A stretch of DNA of 64,000 bases from Takakia lepidozioides (lineage: Eukaryota > Plantae > Bryophyta): assembly GCA_030704615.1 (NCBI GenBank), contig CM060734.1, positions 52,638,001-52,702,000 of the forward strand. Direction: 5' to 3'. A program made the position numbers and the translations under genes. Position 1 is the stretch's first letter; every line of letters begins with the position of its first letter. Below are positions 37,801-48,680 of this stretch, piece by piece. The notes under the pieces were generated by a model. The model had not been told where the DNA came from. It did no database searches and saw nothing but the letters and a program-made list of their open reading frames with translations.

Positions 37801-39449
37801 AGTGCCGACATCATACTTTGTCTTAAACAGTGTCAATGTCAGCTACAATATGTCAGCTCCGTTCAGCGGATCATCGTGTATATTGGTGTGAGCCAAGAAC
37901 ATAGAAAACCCAGCTGGTTGAGTTTCATTCGTGGTAAGACGCCAGCAAATTGGAAGCCGGCACGGGAGTGCCATAAGCTCCTTAGCTTTGCTGACTATTT
38001 CAGGACCAGCCTTGCTTGGAGACCCTGTGTTGGGCATTTCCACCGTGGATACATCACACTGGACTGCTTTCTGAGGCCCAGCAATGCTGGCAAGTGGCTT
38101 GCCAAGGGTCGTACTTAATAAATACCTGCAATGACTTGGCTGTTGTTTCATCGGAAATCATCAGAGCTGCAAGCTGGATAGCTATATCGATTCCCGATGC
38201 AACTTCTGCTGCTGTGATGAGATCTCAGGCAATTGAACATGATGCATCACGGTTTAGTCCTACCACTGTATGGACAGTAAAATGGCACTAATATGGCTGT
38301 GAGGTGGTTCTGCCATTTTGTGACTCAGCTACAAGTATACTACGTCCCACATATAATTTGAGTTGTCACAAGTACAGATGTGTCATAGATCTATCAAACA
38401 AGGTAAAACAAATTCAGTGTACAGCATAGATTACAAGTGAGAATTTTAATGATGGTAAACAAAAACTACGTAACGCAATGGGAAGACCCGCTTAAAATCA
38501 ACAATTGGAGAACTTCTGTTGAAGATCAGTGATAATTTGATACTAGGTTATGCAGAACCCTGATTTCATTTTAGGGCTAGACTCTAGCATTATCACGAGA
38601 GAGAAACGATAACTTACTCTTGATATCCACAGAAAACATTGACTAGGCTCGAATCTTCCAAAGGCATGGTCATCACGAGATATTACAGCCGTTCTGGAGG
38701 TGGTATATGGTTTCAGCTCACCACGGTCAACCAAACATGCCATAGATCTTGTGCACGGCCAACAACAGACTAGCTACTTCGGATTGAGTTTGCTGGCGTT
38801 GATGACCTCATGGTAGAAAACATGAGGTTCATCATGGCACTGCTGTTATGCTAACCCACCTGCTGCAAAGAGTTGATGTACTCATTGACCATCTACAGAT
38901 GTAGCTTATGATATGGGGGAACGGCCCTTAACAGTTTGGGAGCAAATTGTGGGGCTTGCGGAACAAGCCTTGGTTTATGAAGACCATCCCTCTCAATTGA
39001 GCCTCTTATCTGGACTATTCAGTTCCCTCTTATATATTGAGTCTTAAATGCAATTTTTATTTGATGTGTAGAGTAGATATCGATTTACGTATTAAATATA
39101 TTGGTTGTCAAAATGATCCTGCACATGGACATGGGGGGTGTCTTTGAGATAAGGTCATGAAAACTGTCTGTGAATCCCTCTTCTCAATTGCTTTCAAAGA
39201 TTATCCATACAAGCAACTCCGCTGATGATGCTAGGGGGACTGTCAAGATGGTAGTTGAAAAACTGACGAGCTATCTTCAAACATTGCCTCCATCGAAACA
39301 GTGTAGCAAAAGTAGTATGAAAACGAATACAACAGATTTATGCACGTATCTAGAGGGGTTGATTTAGGTGATGTCTTTTTAGTCAGAGCCCCAAACTCTG
39401 ACTAGGCTTGCCTGCCTCTCCGGTACATGCAAAGTTCTCTGATGAATTC

Positions 39450-39730
39450 AAGTAAGATTTTCTTGAGTCTTACATTTTTTAGCATTCTTCTTCTGGAGAG
39501 TGTTTGAAAGGCTAGCTTGTATTCCCAGTGTTCATGGTCAATCCATATCCAAAAGGAAAAAACGGATCGTAGTGTTTATCCCCAACGTTCATGGGTAGCT
39601 GGTCAACAGATCGAAACCATGTGTGAGGCAGCTTCCCTACGAAATCATAATCCCCAAAAAATCACATCAGCAATGCCATTTGCCCTCACTGCTGGGGAGC
39701 CAAGCTGCAAAGAGCGCGTCCATCAAGGGC
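39450..39730 (-). pseudogene. Duplicated 3' end plus 3' UTR of the GH3 gene
   Basis: Aligns with 28560-28835 ([41 protein letters not shown]); two 1-bp insertions. Confidence 0.9.
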
Positions 39731-40490
39731 CCGCGCCCCTGCTGTGCATACCCTGCAAGCATCGCGTTGGGCAGTGTTAGAATGACATCTGGTACAATTC
39801 CATATTTGACGATGTCACCATGGGCCTCTTTCCACTTTTCCAGGGCTGCCAGGCTTGCACACACATTGCAAATGGAAACGAATGTGACCTGGTCTGGGTT
39901 CAACCCTTCCTGAATCATTCGCTCATAGGTCTCCAAAGCCTTCATCCTGCACCCTCGCTGAGCATATCCAGCGATCATCGCGTTCCACGAGATCACATCT
40001 CGTTCAGCCATATCGTTGAACACTCCCTTTGCATCCTCAATGCTCCCACATTTGGCATACATTTTTATCAGGGCAGTGCTCAGAATGGCATTTGGTACTA
40101 TTCCAGCTTTGAAGATGTCACCATGGATCTTTTTGCCCTTCTCCAGGGTTGCCAGGCTCACATATGCATTGCAAACACAAACAAATGTGATTTGGTTGGG
40201 CTTCACCCCTTCATGCATCATTAGCTCATAGGTCTCCAAGGCATTCTTACCACAACCATGCTTGCTAAGGCCTGCCATCATTATATTCCACATGATCAAA
40301 CCTTGTTTAGGCATTTTGTTGAACACTCAGTGTGCATCCACAATGCTCCCAATACATGTTAACAAGGGTGTTGCATAGAAAAACGTTGGGCTTGAATCCA
40401 CTTTGGATAATGTGAGCATGGACCTGTTTTCCGGCTTCTAAGCCTTTCATCTTGATGCACTTATGCAAGAGACAGACATAAGTACTCTTG
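39731..40490 (-). pseudogene. PLS-class PPR pseudogene, fused at its 3' end to the GH3 fragment
   Basis: P-L-S motifs (LIKMYAKCGSIEDAKGVFNDMAERDVISWNAMIAGYAQ); frameshift and TGA near 40330-40355; no E/DYW domain. Confidence 0.88.
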
Positions 40491-40765
40491 GTCCTCCCTC
40501 GGAAGCTGTGGTCATGGTGGAGCGCCTGATTTTATCAAATATGCCGCTGCCGCTGTTTCCAGTTGACCATCTACCCATGCAGGTTTCCTGTAGCTATCAA
40601 TCCACAGGGAATCATGGGCACTATTGTACCTGAAATCCGTCCCTCTTGGATGAATCTGGACCCACACTCCATCCCTGCTCTCCTTCAGCTATCCCTTCCT
40701 CAGCACCAATAATGCATAGACCTTGCCCTTGCTGCTAGAAGCTGACAATGACAGCTGAATTATTT

Positions 40766-40985
40766 TCTAGCAAACACCCAAACCCTACTGATCACACACT
40801 AGATCCTACTCTGAATTGGTCCCAAGACTTTAAAAATGTGCTTGGAAGAGAGAGAGAGAGAGAGGCTGACAATTTCCAAGAAAGCTTCGTGATGCATCTT
40901 GTTGTCTACTTCTCTGTAGTTTAACAGGCATTCACCTTTTCGCCTCGATTGTCTGACCATTGACTGGGGTCCAAGAAATATTCGT
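40766..40985. repeat. Duplicated PPR upstream region (partner 42496-42696)
   Basis: Shared ACCCTACT..CACACACT..CCCAAGAC..GAGAGAG..TGACAATTTCCA..GCATCTTGTTGTCT..CACCTTTT.GCCTCGATTGTC. Confidence 0.75.
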
Positions 40986-41209
40986 TCCAAAGCTTCTCCT
41001 CGTCTCTGTTTTCTGTTTTTGGATATTTGCCTGTTGCCCACCTTGGCAGTAACATGACACCATAGATCCACACAACGAGATAACTTTGCAGAATTCAACA
41101 TGAAACATTAGGGACGATTCTGATAAGAGGACAAAGCCCTGATCCAACCCTGCCAGCCTGCATGACTCCAAAGTACTGATGTCGCCAATCTCTAACAAAA
41201 TACACAAAT

Positions 41210-41740
41210 GAATGATCTCTAGGGCAGTGTTCAGAATGACTTCTGGTACAATTCCAGCTTTGACGATGTCACCATGGACCTCTTTCCCCTTTTCCAGAGC
41301 TCCCAGGCTTGCACATGCATTGCATACACAAACAAGTGTGATGTGGTTGTGCTCACCCCGTCGCGCAGCATTTGCTCATAGGTCTTCAGAGCATTCCTAC
41401 CACACCCATGTTTGGTAAATCCTGCCAACATTACATTCCACGTGATCAAAGATCGTTGAGGCATTCTGTTGAACACTTGGTGAGCATCCATAATGCTCCC
41501 GCGCTTAGCATACATGTTGACAAGGGTGTTGAGTAGAAAAACAATTGGCGTGAATCCACTAATTTGGATAATGTGAGTGTGCACCTGCTTTCCAGCTTCC
41601 AGACCTTCCATCTTGATGCACTTAAGCAAGAGACAGACATACACATCTGAATCTGCTGAAATGCCTATTTGGTTTAAAGTCTGTAGAGCCTCTGTCGCAG
41701 CATGCAAACATCTGGGCCTGCTTCTCCCCATGGTAGTCAA
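41210..41740 (-). pseudogene. Second PLS-class PPR pseudogene (N-terminal part only)
   Basis: YVCLLLKCIKMEGLEAGKQVH..LVNMYAKRGSIMDAHQVFNRM..WNVMLAGF; frameshift near 41350; truncated; paralogue of 39731-40490. Confidence 0.87.
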
Positions 41741-43374
41741 CTAATGCAAAATCCACAGTTGGAGCCAGGCTCTGAATAAGACTGCAACAAGTCAGAGTGC
41801 CACTGACACTGCACCGGAGAACCTGGCCATCGCCCATCTCCACCAACACAGCAAGGAAAACTCCCTTTGTCCACAGAACTACGTTGCAAGGGGAGCATCT
41901 GTATTGACATTGTCTCACTTGAATTTGTGGAATCCCCTCCTGTGCTTGAACATCTAAGTGCAATTTTTATGCATTTTATTCTTTCAATAATCAGAAAGAT
42001 CTGTCATAACCCACACATTTTCACAACCTAGAAAAAACCAATCAGGGTGGAGGCAGAAAGATCCAATCACAACCTAGAATTTTGGTATCCAGGTAGGAAA
42101 CTCGCCCTTGAGACTAGCACAATTGAAATTCATTGAGACCAAAAAGGTGAAGAATCTCACTCTATCACGCCCTAGTGCTCCATAGTGTTGCAATCCATTG
42201 CAGGAACCATCCTGCAGAATCAAGAAAGCCTTGACAATGAGCCATCTTTATTCCCTCCCAGAATAGTCTGGCTTAGGATGAGGATATGGTCGATACAACC
42301 CCTATTTCTCTGGAAGCCTGCCTGACCTTCACTGACTGTGAGAGAATGTACTCATAAGACGTTGTTTGCCGTAGCCTTGTGGCCATTGACCCCGAGCCCA
42401 GTGTGAGCAGAAACCAAAGGGACAGAACCTACCTCTGTCAGGGGCTGACATTGGTAGTAAGACTTACTTTTATACATAGAATAGCCCAGATTTGTTCTAG
42501 CAAAAACCCCAACCCTACTCTTCACACACTGGTTCCGCTGCTGAATTGCTCCCAAGACATAATGTGCTGAAGAGAGAGAGGATGACAATTTCCAGCAAAG
42601 ATTTGTAGTGCATCTTGTTGTCTGCTTCTCTATGTAAGCCACAGGCACTCACCTTTTTGCCTCGATTGTCCCACCATTGCCCAGAGTACATTCGTTTCCG
42701 TTGAATTGCGCAACACAATTCCGAGCCTGGATCCGACGGCGCATTCATTCAATACAGCGAATGTACAACCTGGGAAATTCCATGGAACTCCTGGAGCTTC
42801 TGAAGACACAATTCCGACCCCGTTTAATCCATGAAACACCGCACTTGAGCTTGAGCTCAAGAAGTCATTTTTGGTTTTTTCGGGCATTCCGGGCAGATTC
42901 CAAAGAAATTGACGACGACCATGACGTGTTTACGAAACGTGGCGATGATGACGTGGCACTATGGCACCCTATTCCTGCTCTACGCTAAACTAGCTTCCGA
43001 CCTTCGGTTGTCGCTAGAATTTATCTACATATCTTCAGGTGTTTTGTGGGCCCAAAAGACTCGCCCCCTTCACTTCCCCTACGCCGGGCACCCCTTGGTG
43101 GCTCACTCCAGCAAACTGACCCCGCCGGGGTAGGGGTCGCCCCACCCTGCGTGACCCATGTGCCACCCGCGAGCCCGCCACAACCACACGGGCCCGCATT
43201 CAAGTCCCAATTATCAAACAATGAGAAGCTTTTGAAACAGCCTCAAGATTTGTTGGGGCGGGTATGTCACTCGGGACGTGACCAGTCCAGTCCAGACCCT
43301 AGGGACCTGTAGAGTAGCTAAGAAAAGAGATTAAAAGCCCGCAGGGCCAGGGATTTTAAGGAAATCAAGCTGGC

Positions 43375-43804
43375 ATATACTACTTGGGTAAGAAGCCAAA
43401 TCATGATAAGTTAACCCCAGATTTCACATACAAAGCACCCCCCATAATTTTTGGCAGATTGGGGTGAAATTTGGTGTGAGGGATTGGGATGCGACCCTTC
43501 ACTAGAATATAGCACTTTTTCTCGCAGCAAAATTTTGGAACATGGATTCTTTGCTTGTTCAAACATGGAATTTTCCTTTGTTTTTTCCATTTTCCAAAAA
43601 GTGCACCGTCTTCAATTGTTATAATCTCCCAAACTAAATGGTGAAATCTCCCCAAATTTGGCCAAGTTGTCCTTCTGATAGGTAGGAATGAGTTTGTATG
43701 ATTCATCCACGTGGATGAACGTTGGTAGGCAGGTACATGCTGACGTGTGAGGGTGGGTCCCGGAGTTGTCCAAAAATCGACAAACTGCTCTCGTCGCTTA
43801 GGGG
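43375..43804. mobile_element. Second, partial copy of the piggyBac-like element family
   Basis: Collinear blocks shared with 34440-34865 (CCCCAGATTTCACATACAAAGCA; TTGTTATAATCTCC; TTCATCC.C.TGGATGA); ends TCGTCGCTTAGGGG|TTAA. Left end not resolved. Confidence 0.55.
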
Positions 43805-46263
43805 TTAACATTCATCCAGGGCAGACTGTAGCCCCCAGGCTGGTAGCCCTTAAATCGTGGATGCCCGCGGGCAGGGGCCTTCCCGAACGTGAAGAACGCT
43901 CGGGATTTATGTTCCTCCAATTGGAGCGGGAGTATTTCGAGGCATATTCCCGTCAGGATTTACTGTGAGCCGAGGCGGGATGGACTTGCTGGCAAGTAAG
44001 TCCATGGAGTGCGGATGGGCACGGCGGAGCAGCACACGTATATATAGCACAGCTGTTTTCCACAACTCTTTAGAGATACTCCAGGCACCCAAGATTATAG
44101 CCATTCCCTCCACCATGTGACAGGGTGTAACACTAAGATTTCTAAATCCATGTCACTAGTCCACTTCCGTTTTGTTCAGATTCTTCGTGTACCACAAAGC
44201 AATATGGTTTTGCACGGCCGTCCTCTCCAGGCACTAGCAATGTTACCTTCAATTGAGAGCTTGAGCTGAGGACGTCACTCACAAGTTCCCAGTTGGGACC
44301 CAGATCATGCACAAGAGCAAGGATCGCCTGGATCAAACCATAAATGTCAGGCATTGCCATCTGCTTAGTCCTCTTACTTTTCACATACGGAGGAGAGAAC
44401 TATGCAAGAATCTTTTCCTTATTTTCTCGACCCATATTATGCAGTGATTGATGGATATATGCACATGGAATGTAAGTATCCAATCAATTTTTATCCTTGT
44501 ACAAGATGATATGCATTGGGTTAAGTATTAGAGGAACAATTCCGAGGGCCACCCATGCATGCGACCAAGCTCAAGAGTTATTTACTGGCACCTCGGAAGC
44601 CAAGTTCATATACCTCAATGAGCTAAATGTAGTATTTGACTGTACTTTCCGACTGGGATGGTGTGAAATTTGATCTTTTTTTAATTGAGAGTCATCCGGA
44701 CTGAAGGTTCAAGCATAGCAATTTAGTTGACAAATATTGTGGTCCTTGTGAGTATCATAAAACGTACATGATATGTTCAGTTAAGAAAGACCTTTCTTTC
44801 CCAGGTGTATATGATGATATCAGATCTACTCCCAACACTTATAGAGTTAGGAGTTGGTTATGTCTTGTGTTTGATTTACTCAGGGAAGAGAGCTGCAGTG
44901 TTACATGTTTCAGTGCAAATGGCCACTGAATAATCCACACTAGTTCACCTCTTATACTGAAACAGGCAAAGGTTTGCAAAACACAAGCAACAACAAATGC
45001 AAGAAGACAATTCACTTTAATCACTCACGACTGTTCTTCAGATGAGGACCATGGAATGCCCATTCCAACAGGTGTAGTGACTGGGTCCTGCAAGCCGAAT
45101 GCCACCACAAGGCAAAAGTCATGAAGCATGAAATAACTCCAAATTTCTTCTAACTTAACAATTGCAACGCGTACCACTCCACGACAAGATACTTTTCAGA
45201 AGCACACAGTGGGAAAGGTCCAATCGGTCTTGTACAAAATCAACTTTCCTGATGTCAAAATGATGTGAAGCTTGTAACTGACAAACACTTCCACAAGCTT
45301 AGCCAAATATGCAGATATGATTAAATACACAAGTTCTTGCTATGCTGATTTGTCATTCCACTAATCTACATGCTCCATCTTAACCGTTGCGTCTTGGAAC
45401 ACAAATCAAAAATAAATAAAATTGCAAGGCTTGTTTTTCCGGCTGCGGTCACGATTACTGTTCTGTCTCATCAGTCTGCCTGGCACATTGGCAATCGGTG
45501 TGCCAACCTGTGAAGCAGATATGGTGATGGCTGCAGGAGCTGCCTCAGGATTCAAGTCAGAGGGTTGCTAAGTTATTAACTTGGGTTTCTTCGACAGTTG
45601 CTGCCCTGCCAGTCCTTGTGACCGTGGTGTCCCGGGTGTATCTGCTGCAGTACCTGTTACAGAATAAAGCAAGTGTCAGGCATGTTACATGCCTTACAGT
45701 GCCATCTCCTTCTCCTGATCAGGTTCTACAACTGGCAAAGCCCCAACCTACTTGTGGAATGTACCTGTCACTGCCACAGCCATTATGCTTACCATTGGAG
45801 CTCCCATGTACAATATAAAGCTTTTCTCTTTCCTTATCATCTGTTTTGAGCTTCCCCATCTTTAGCATAGCCTTTCAGCTTTAAAGATCCTAAGTGCCTC
45901 ACAACCTAATGCTTCGTTTTGTCCGACACTTGATTTATTCTGGAGAGATTCTTGGTATCCAACAATCTTCAAGAGTGACGAAAGAAAACTCAGTCCATGA
46001 CAATTCTTGATTTGATTCAAATGAAATGGCTGACATACAAGACAAAAAAAACTTTCAATGTTTCATCTAGCTAGCTACACTTCTGTGACTGGGCAATCTT
46101 GTAGGCTTGAAGGGTCTTATATGCAATCCATCCTAGTCCTCCTACTGAAATCATGGATAACCATGACCACTTGCCCATGCCATAGTTTCTGACCGAGGAG
46201 AATGGTTATATGGATATTTAGTAACGCAATAAACCTCATTACCATATTTGCACATGTCATAGC

Positions 46264-47291
46264 TCATGGAGGAGCCACACCGGGAAATCCTAGAATGCCA
46301 CCACTAGGATATCCTGGAAAGCCCCCACTGGGATATCCTGAAAAGCCGCCACTGGGATATGATGGAAAGCCGCCACTGGGATATGATGGAAAGCTACCAC
46401 TGGGATATGATGGAAAGCCACCACTTGGAAATCCTGGACCGATGCCGCCAAGAAACAAACCGGGATAACCTCCGAAATGTCCAAAACCTCCATACAGAGG
46501 AGGATGGTACAGGAATGGGTGTTTAGCATCGAAGTACTTCAGATTACCATATCCACTTGCCAATGCCACAGCTTCTAGAGGAGGCACACCGGCAAATCCG
46601 GGAAAGCCACCACTGGGATATCCTGGAAAGCCACCACTGGGAAATCCTGGAATGCCGCCGCCGGGAAACAAACCGGGATCACCTCCGAAATGTTCAATAC
46701 TTCCTCCTCCGCCATTGGGATATCCTGGAAAGCCACCACTGGGAAATCCTGGAATGCCGCCGCCGGGAAACAAACCGGGATCACCTCCGAAATGTCCAAT
46801 ACTTCCTCCTCCGCCACTGGGATGTCCTAGAAAGCCACCATTGGGATATCCTTGAAAACCGCCACTGGGATATCCTGGAAAGCCACTACTGGGAAATCCT
46901 GGAATGCTGCTGCCAGGAAACAAACCGGGATAACCTCCAACATGTCCAAGACTTCTAGACAGATGGTCCACGACTGGATGTTGACGTTTTTCACTATTAT
47001 TGAGGTTATTACCAATACCTCCATCAGGAATGCCTTCATCGCTTGGATTTCTACTCTGAGAACCATCACCATCAGGCCCTGGAGGACTTCCTAGGGCTCC
47101 AAGCTCATGACCCAGAGAAGGCCCAAAACTACTCAAAAGACTAGGATCACTAGGTTTGTTGATGAGGTCCAAATCACCTAGCACTACACCCTCTCAATCA
47201 TGCTTGCTCCCAACACCTTCGCTTGTAGCTTTACTAAGAAAATCAGAAACAAGAGGGAAGGCACCATACGAATTCGTTGCACAGTCTTCAT
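46264..47291 (-). pseudogene. Secreted Gly/Pro/aromatic-rich repeat protein nested in EAF1; frameshift after the signal peptide
   Basis: ATG at 47291 gives MKTVQRIRMVPSLLFLIFLVKLQAKVLGASMIE; an extra AG in GAGAG near 47192 shifts it out of the 306-codon (GGFPGYPS)n ORF. Confidence 0.7.
46280..46950. repeat. Coding tandem repeat: 24-bp units with a 102-bp higher-order unit
   Basis: GGAAAGCCACCACTGGGATATCCT units; 46621-46722 is repeated almost exactly from 46723. Confidence 0.9.
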
Positions 47292-47404
47292 TGCAAGCAA
47301 TCAATCCTTTAGCTGGACCTAAACCTCTCCCTCCCTTCCCAAATCTATAGCAAGCTCACGCAGACGCACACACAAGTTGTTGGTAAGCCGCTCCAAAGAC
47401 TTAG

Positions 47405-47412
47405 TTTATATA
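47405..47412 (-). promoter_or_regulatory. TATA box of the Gly-rich gene
   Basis: TATATAAA about 115 bp upstream of the ATG at 47291. Confidence 0.55.
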
Positions 47413-47989
47413 GTGACTGAAGGCCAAGGCCCTCGAAATGGTTGTCCAATTTTCCAGAAAAACAAAAAAGAAGCTCAGATGTCTTAAAAGTGAAATCACC
47501 TAAAGAGAACTTAATAGAAACAGAAAAAAGAAAAAGAGAAAGAAAACAGAGCCCTAAATATTGGATGCCTAGTTCAATGAAATGAATGGCTTACGTTGAA
47601 GCCTAAAAATCTAAATATAACTGATCTCCATCCATCTTATATAGTTTAAAATTCAAAATAGATGGAAAGTCTTTGAAGGCTAATGAAAACTAGTTTTTCA
47701 TCCATCTTTATGGATGACCAGTTGACACAAGTTAACATTTCATCCATCTAACTCCTTAGGGCGAATTTAAGATTTTTCATCCATCCATGAGGCAAAAAAC
47801 TCAAATAATCGGCTTCCATGAGTGTCGTTGACTTCATAATTTGGTGTCGTCCCTAATCTCCTTTCTTAAGCACCAAACTTGGTGACAAATTAAGATTCGC
47901 CATCCAATGGTGGTTTGAAGTTTCTTTCTGACTTTCTCGAAATCAAGGATAACTGGACAAGCATTTTTTCTCTCCAGGAAATTTTCTAC

Positions 47990-48680
47990 AGCCCTCACAC
48001 AGGCCCTCGATGCATTGGCTCTCATAGGTTGCAGCTGGAAACAGGGAAATGGTGTTCTAGAGATAGAACTCGAGACTCCTCAATCTGCATATTGGAGGAA
48101 GAGCACCACTTCTTCCGTGCTGGATATTGTGAGATATGTGAGAGATACAACTGCCTTTTTAAAGATACCCATTCCTTGGCAGAGGTCGTCAGCTTGAAGT
48201 CCACACTGTTTGAAGGCCACCTGCTTTGAGACCCTTCGTCTTAGGGCATCACTTGATCTGAACAAGTCATTTCTATGCTCTACCCTGTCAAATGGGGCCT
48301 CGTGGCCCTGGGGCACTATAAGTTTTCTTCTTTCATTATTTATTTCTTTTTGGGCTCCCCACAACCTACGGATAGAGACTGCCAGATGGGAAAACCTGCA
48401 ACGGGAGGACCACCTATGTCCAGCTTGCACAGGGCGCAACGGGGAACTTGAAACTGAAGAAAACTTCTTCTATTGCCCTCTATACCACGAGTTCCTCGGG
48501 AGATTCCACTGTCTATTCCGCGGAACCCAATCTCTCACTGAAGTCTTCCACTATGAGGATCAGAAATGCTTGGCAACTTACCTGCACGAGGCCTTCACCC
48601 TTAGACACTCACAGAGCAATAGTTTTTATTCTTGGCTCTGGTTTTGTTTCCTTTCTCATGTTTTTCTACAGTTCCTATGT
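47990..48680 (+). mobile_element. Two tandem LINE ORF2 C-terminal (Cys/His) fragments plus 3' UTR
   Basis: GSHRLQLETGKW..CILEEEHHFF and HNLRIETARWENLQREDHLCPAC..ETEENFFYCPLY, typical of RTE-X/L2-like ORF2 ends. Confidence 0.72.

Noticed and set aside
37579-39367. Coding-looking stretches (minus 37579-38151, plus about 38500-39360)
   Set aside because: Interrupted by stops and not assignable without a database search; not the missing EAF1 exons as far as I can tell.
46202-47094. Antisense and alternative-frame ORFs over the Gly-rich repeat, or a CRISPR-like array
   Set aside because: By-products of a 24-bp coding repeat; no unique spacers, eukaryotic context.
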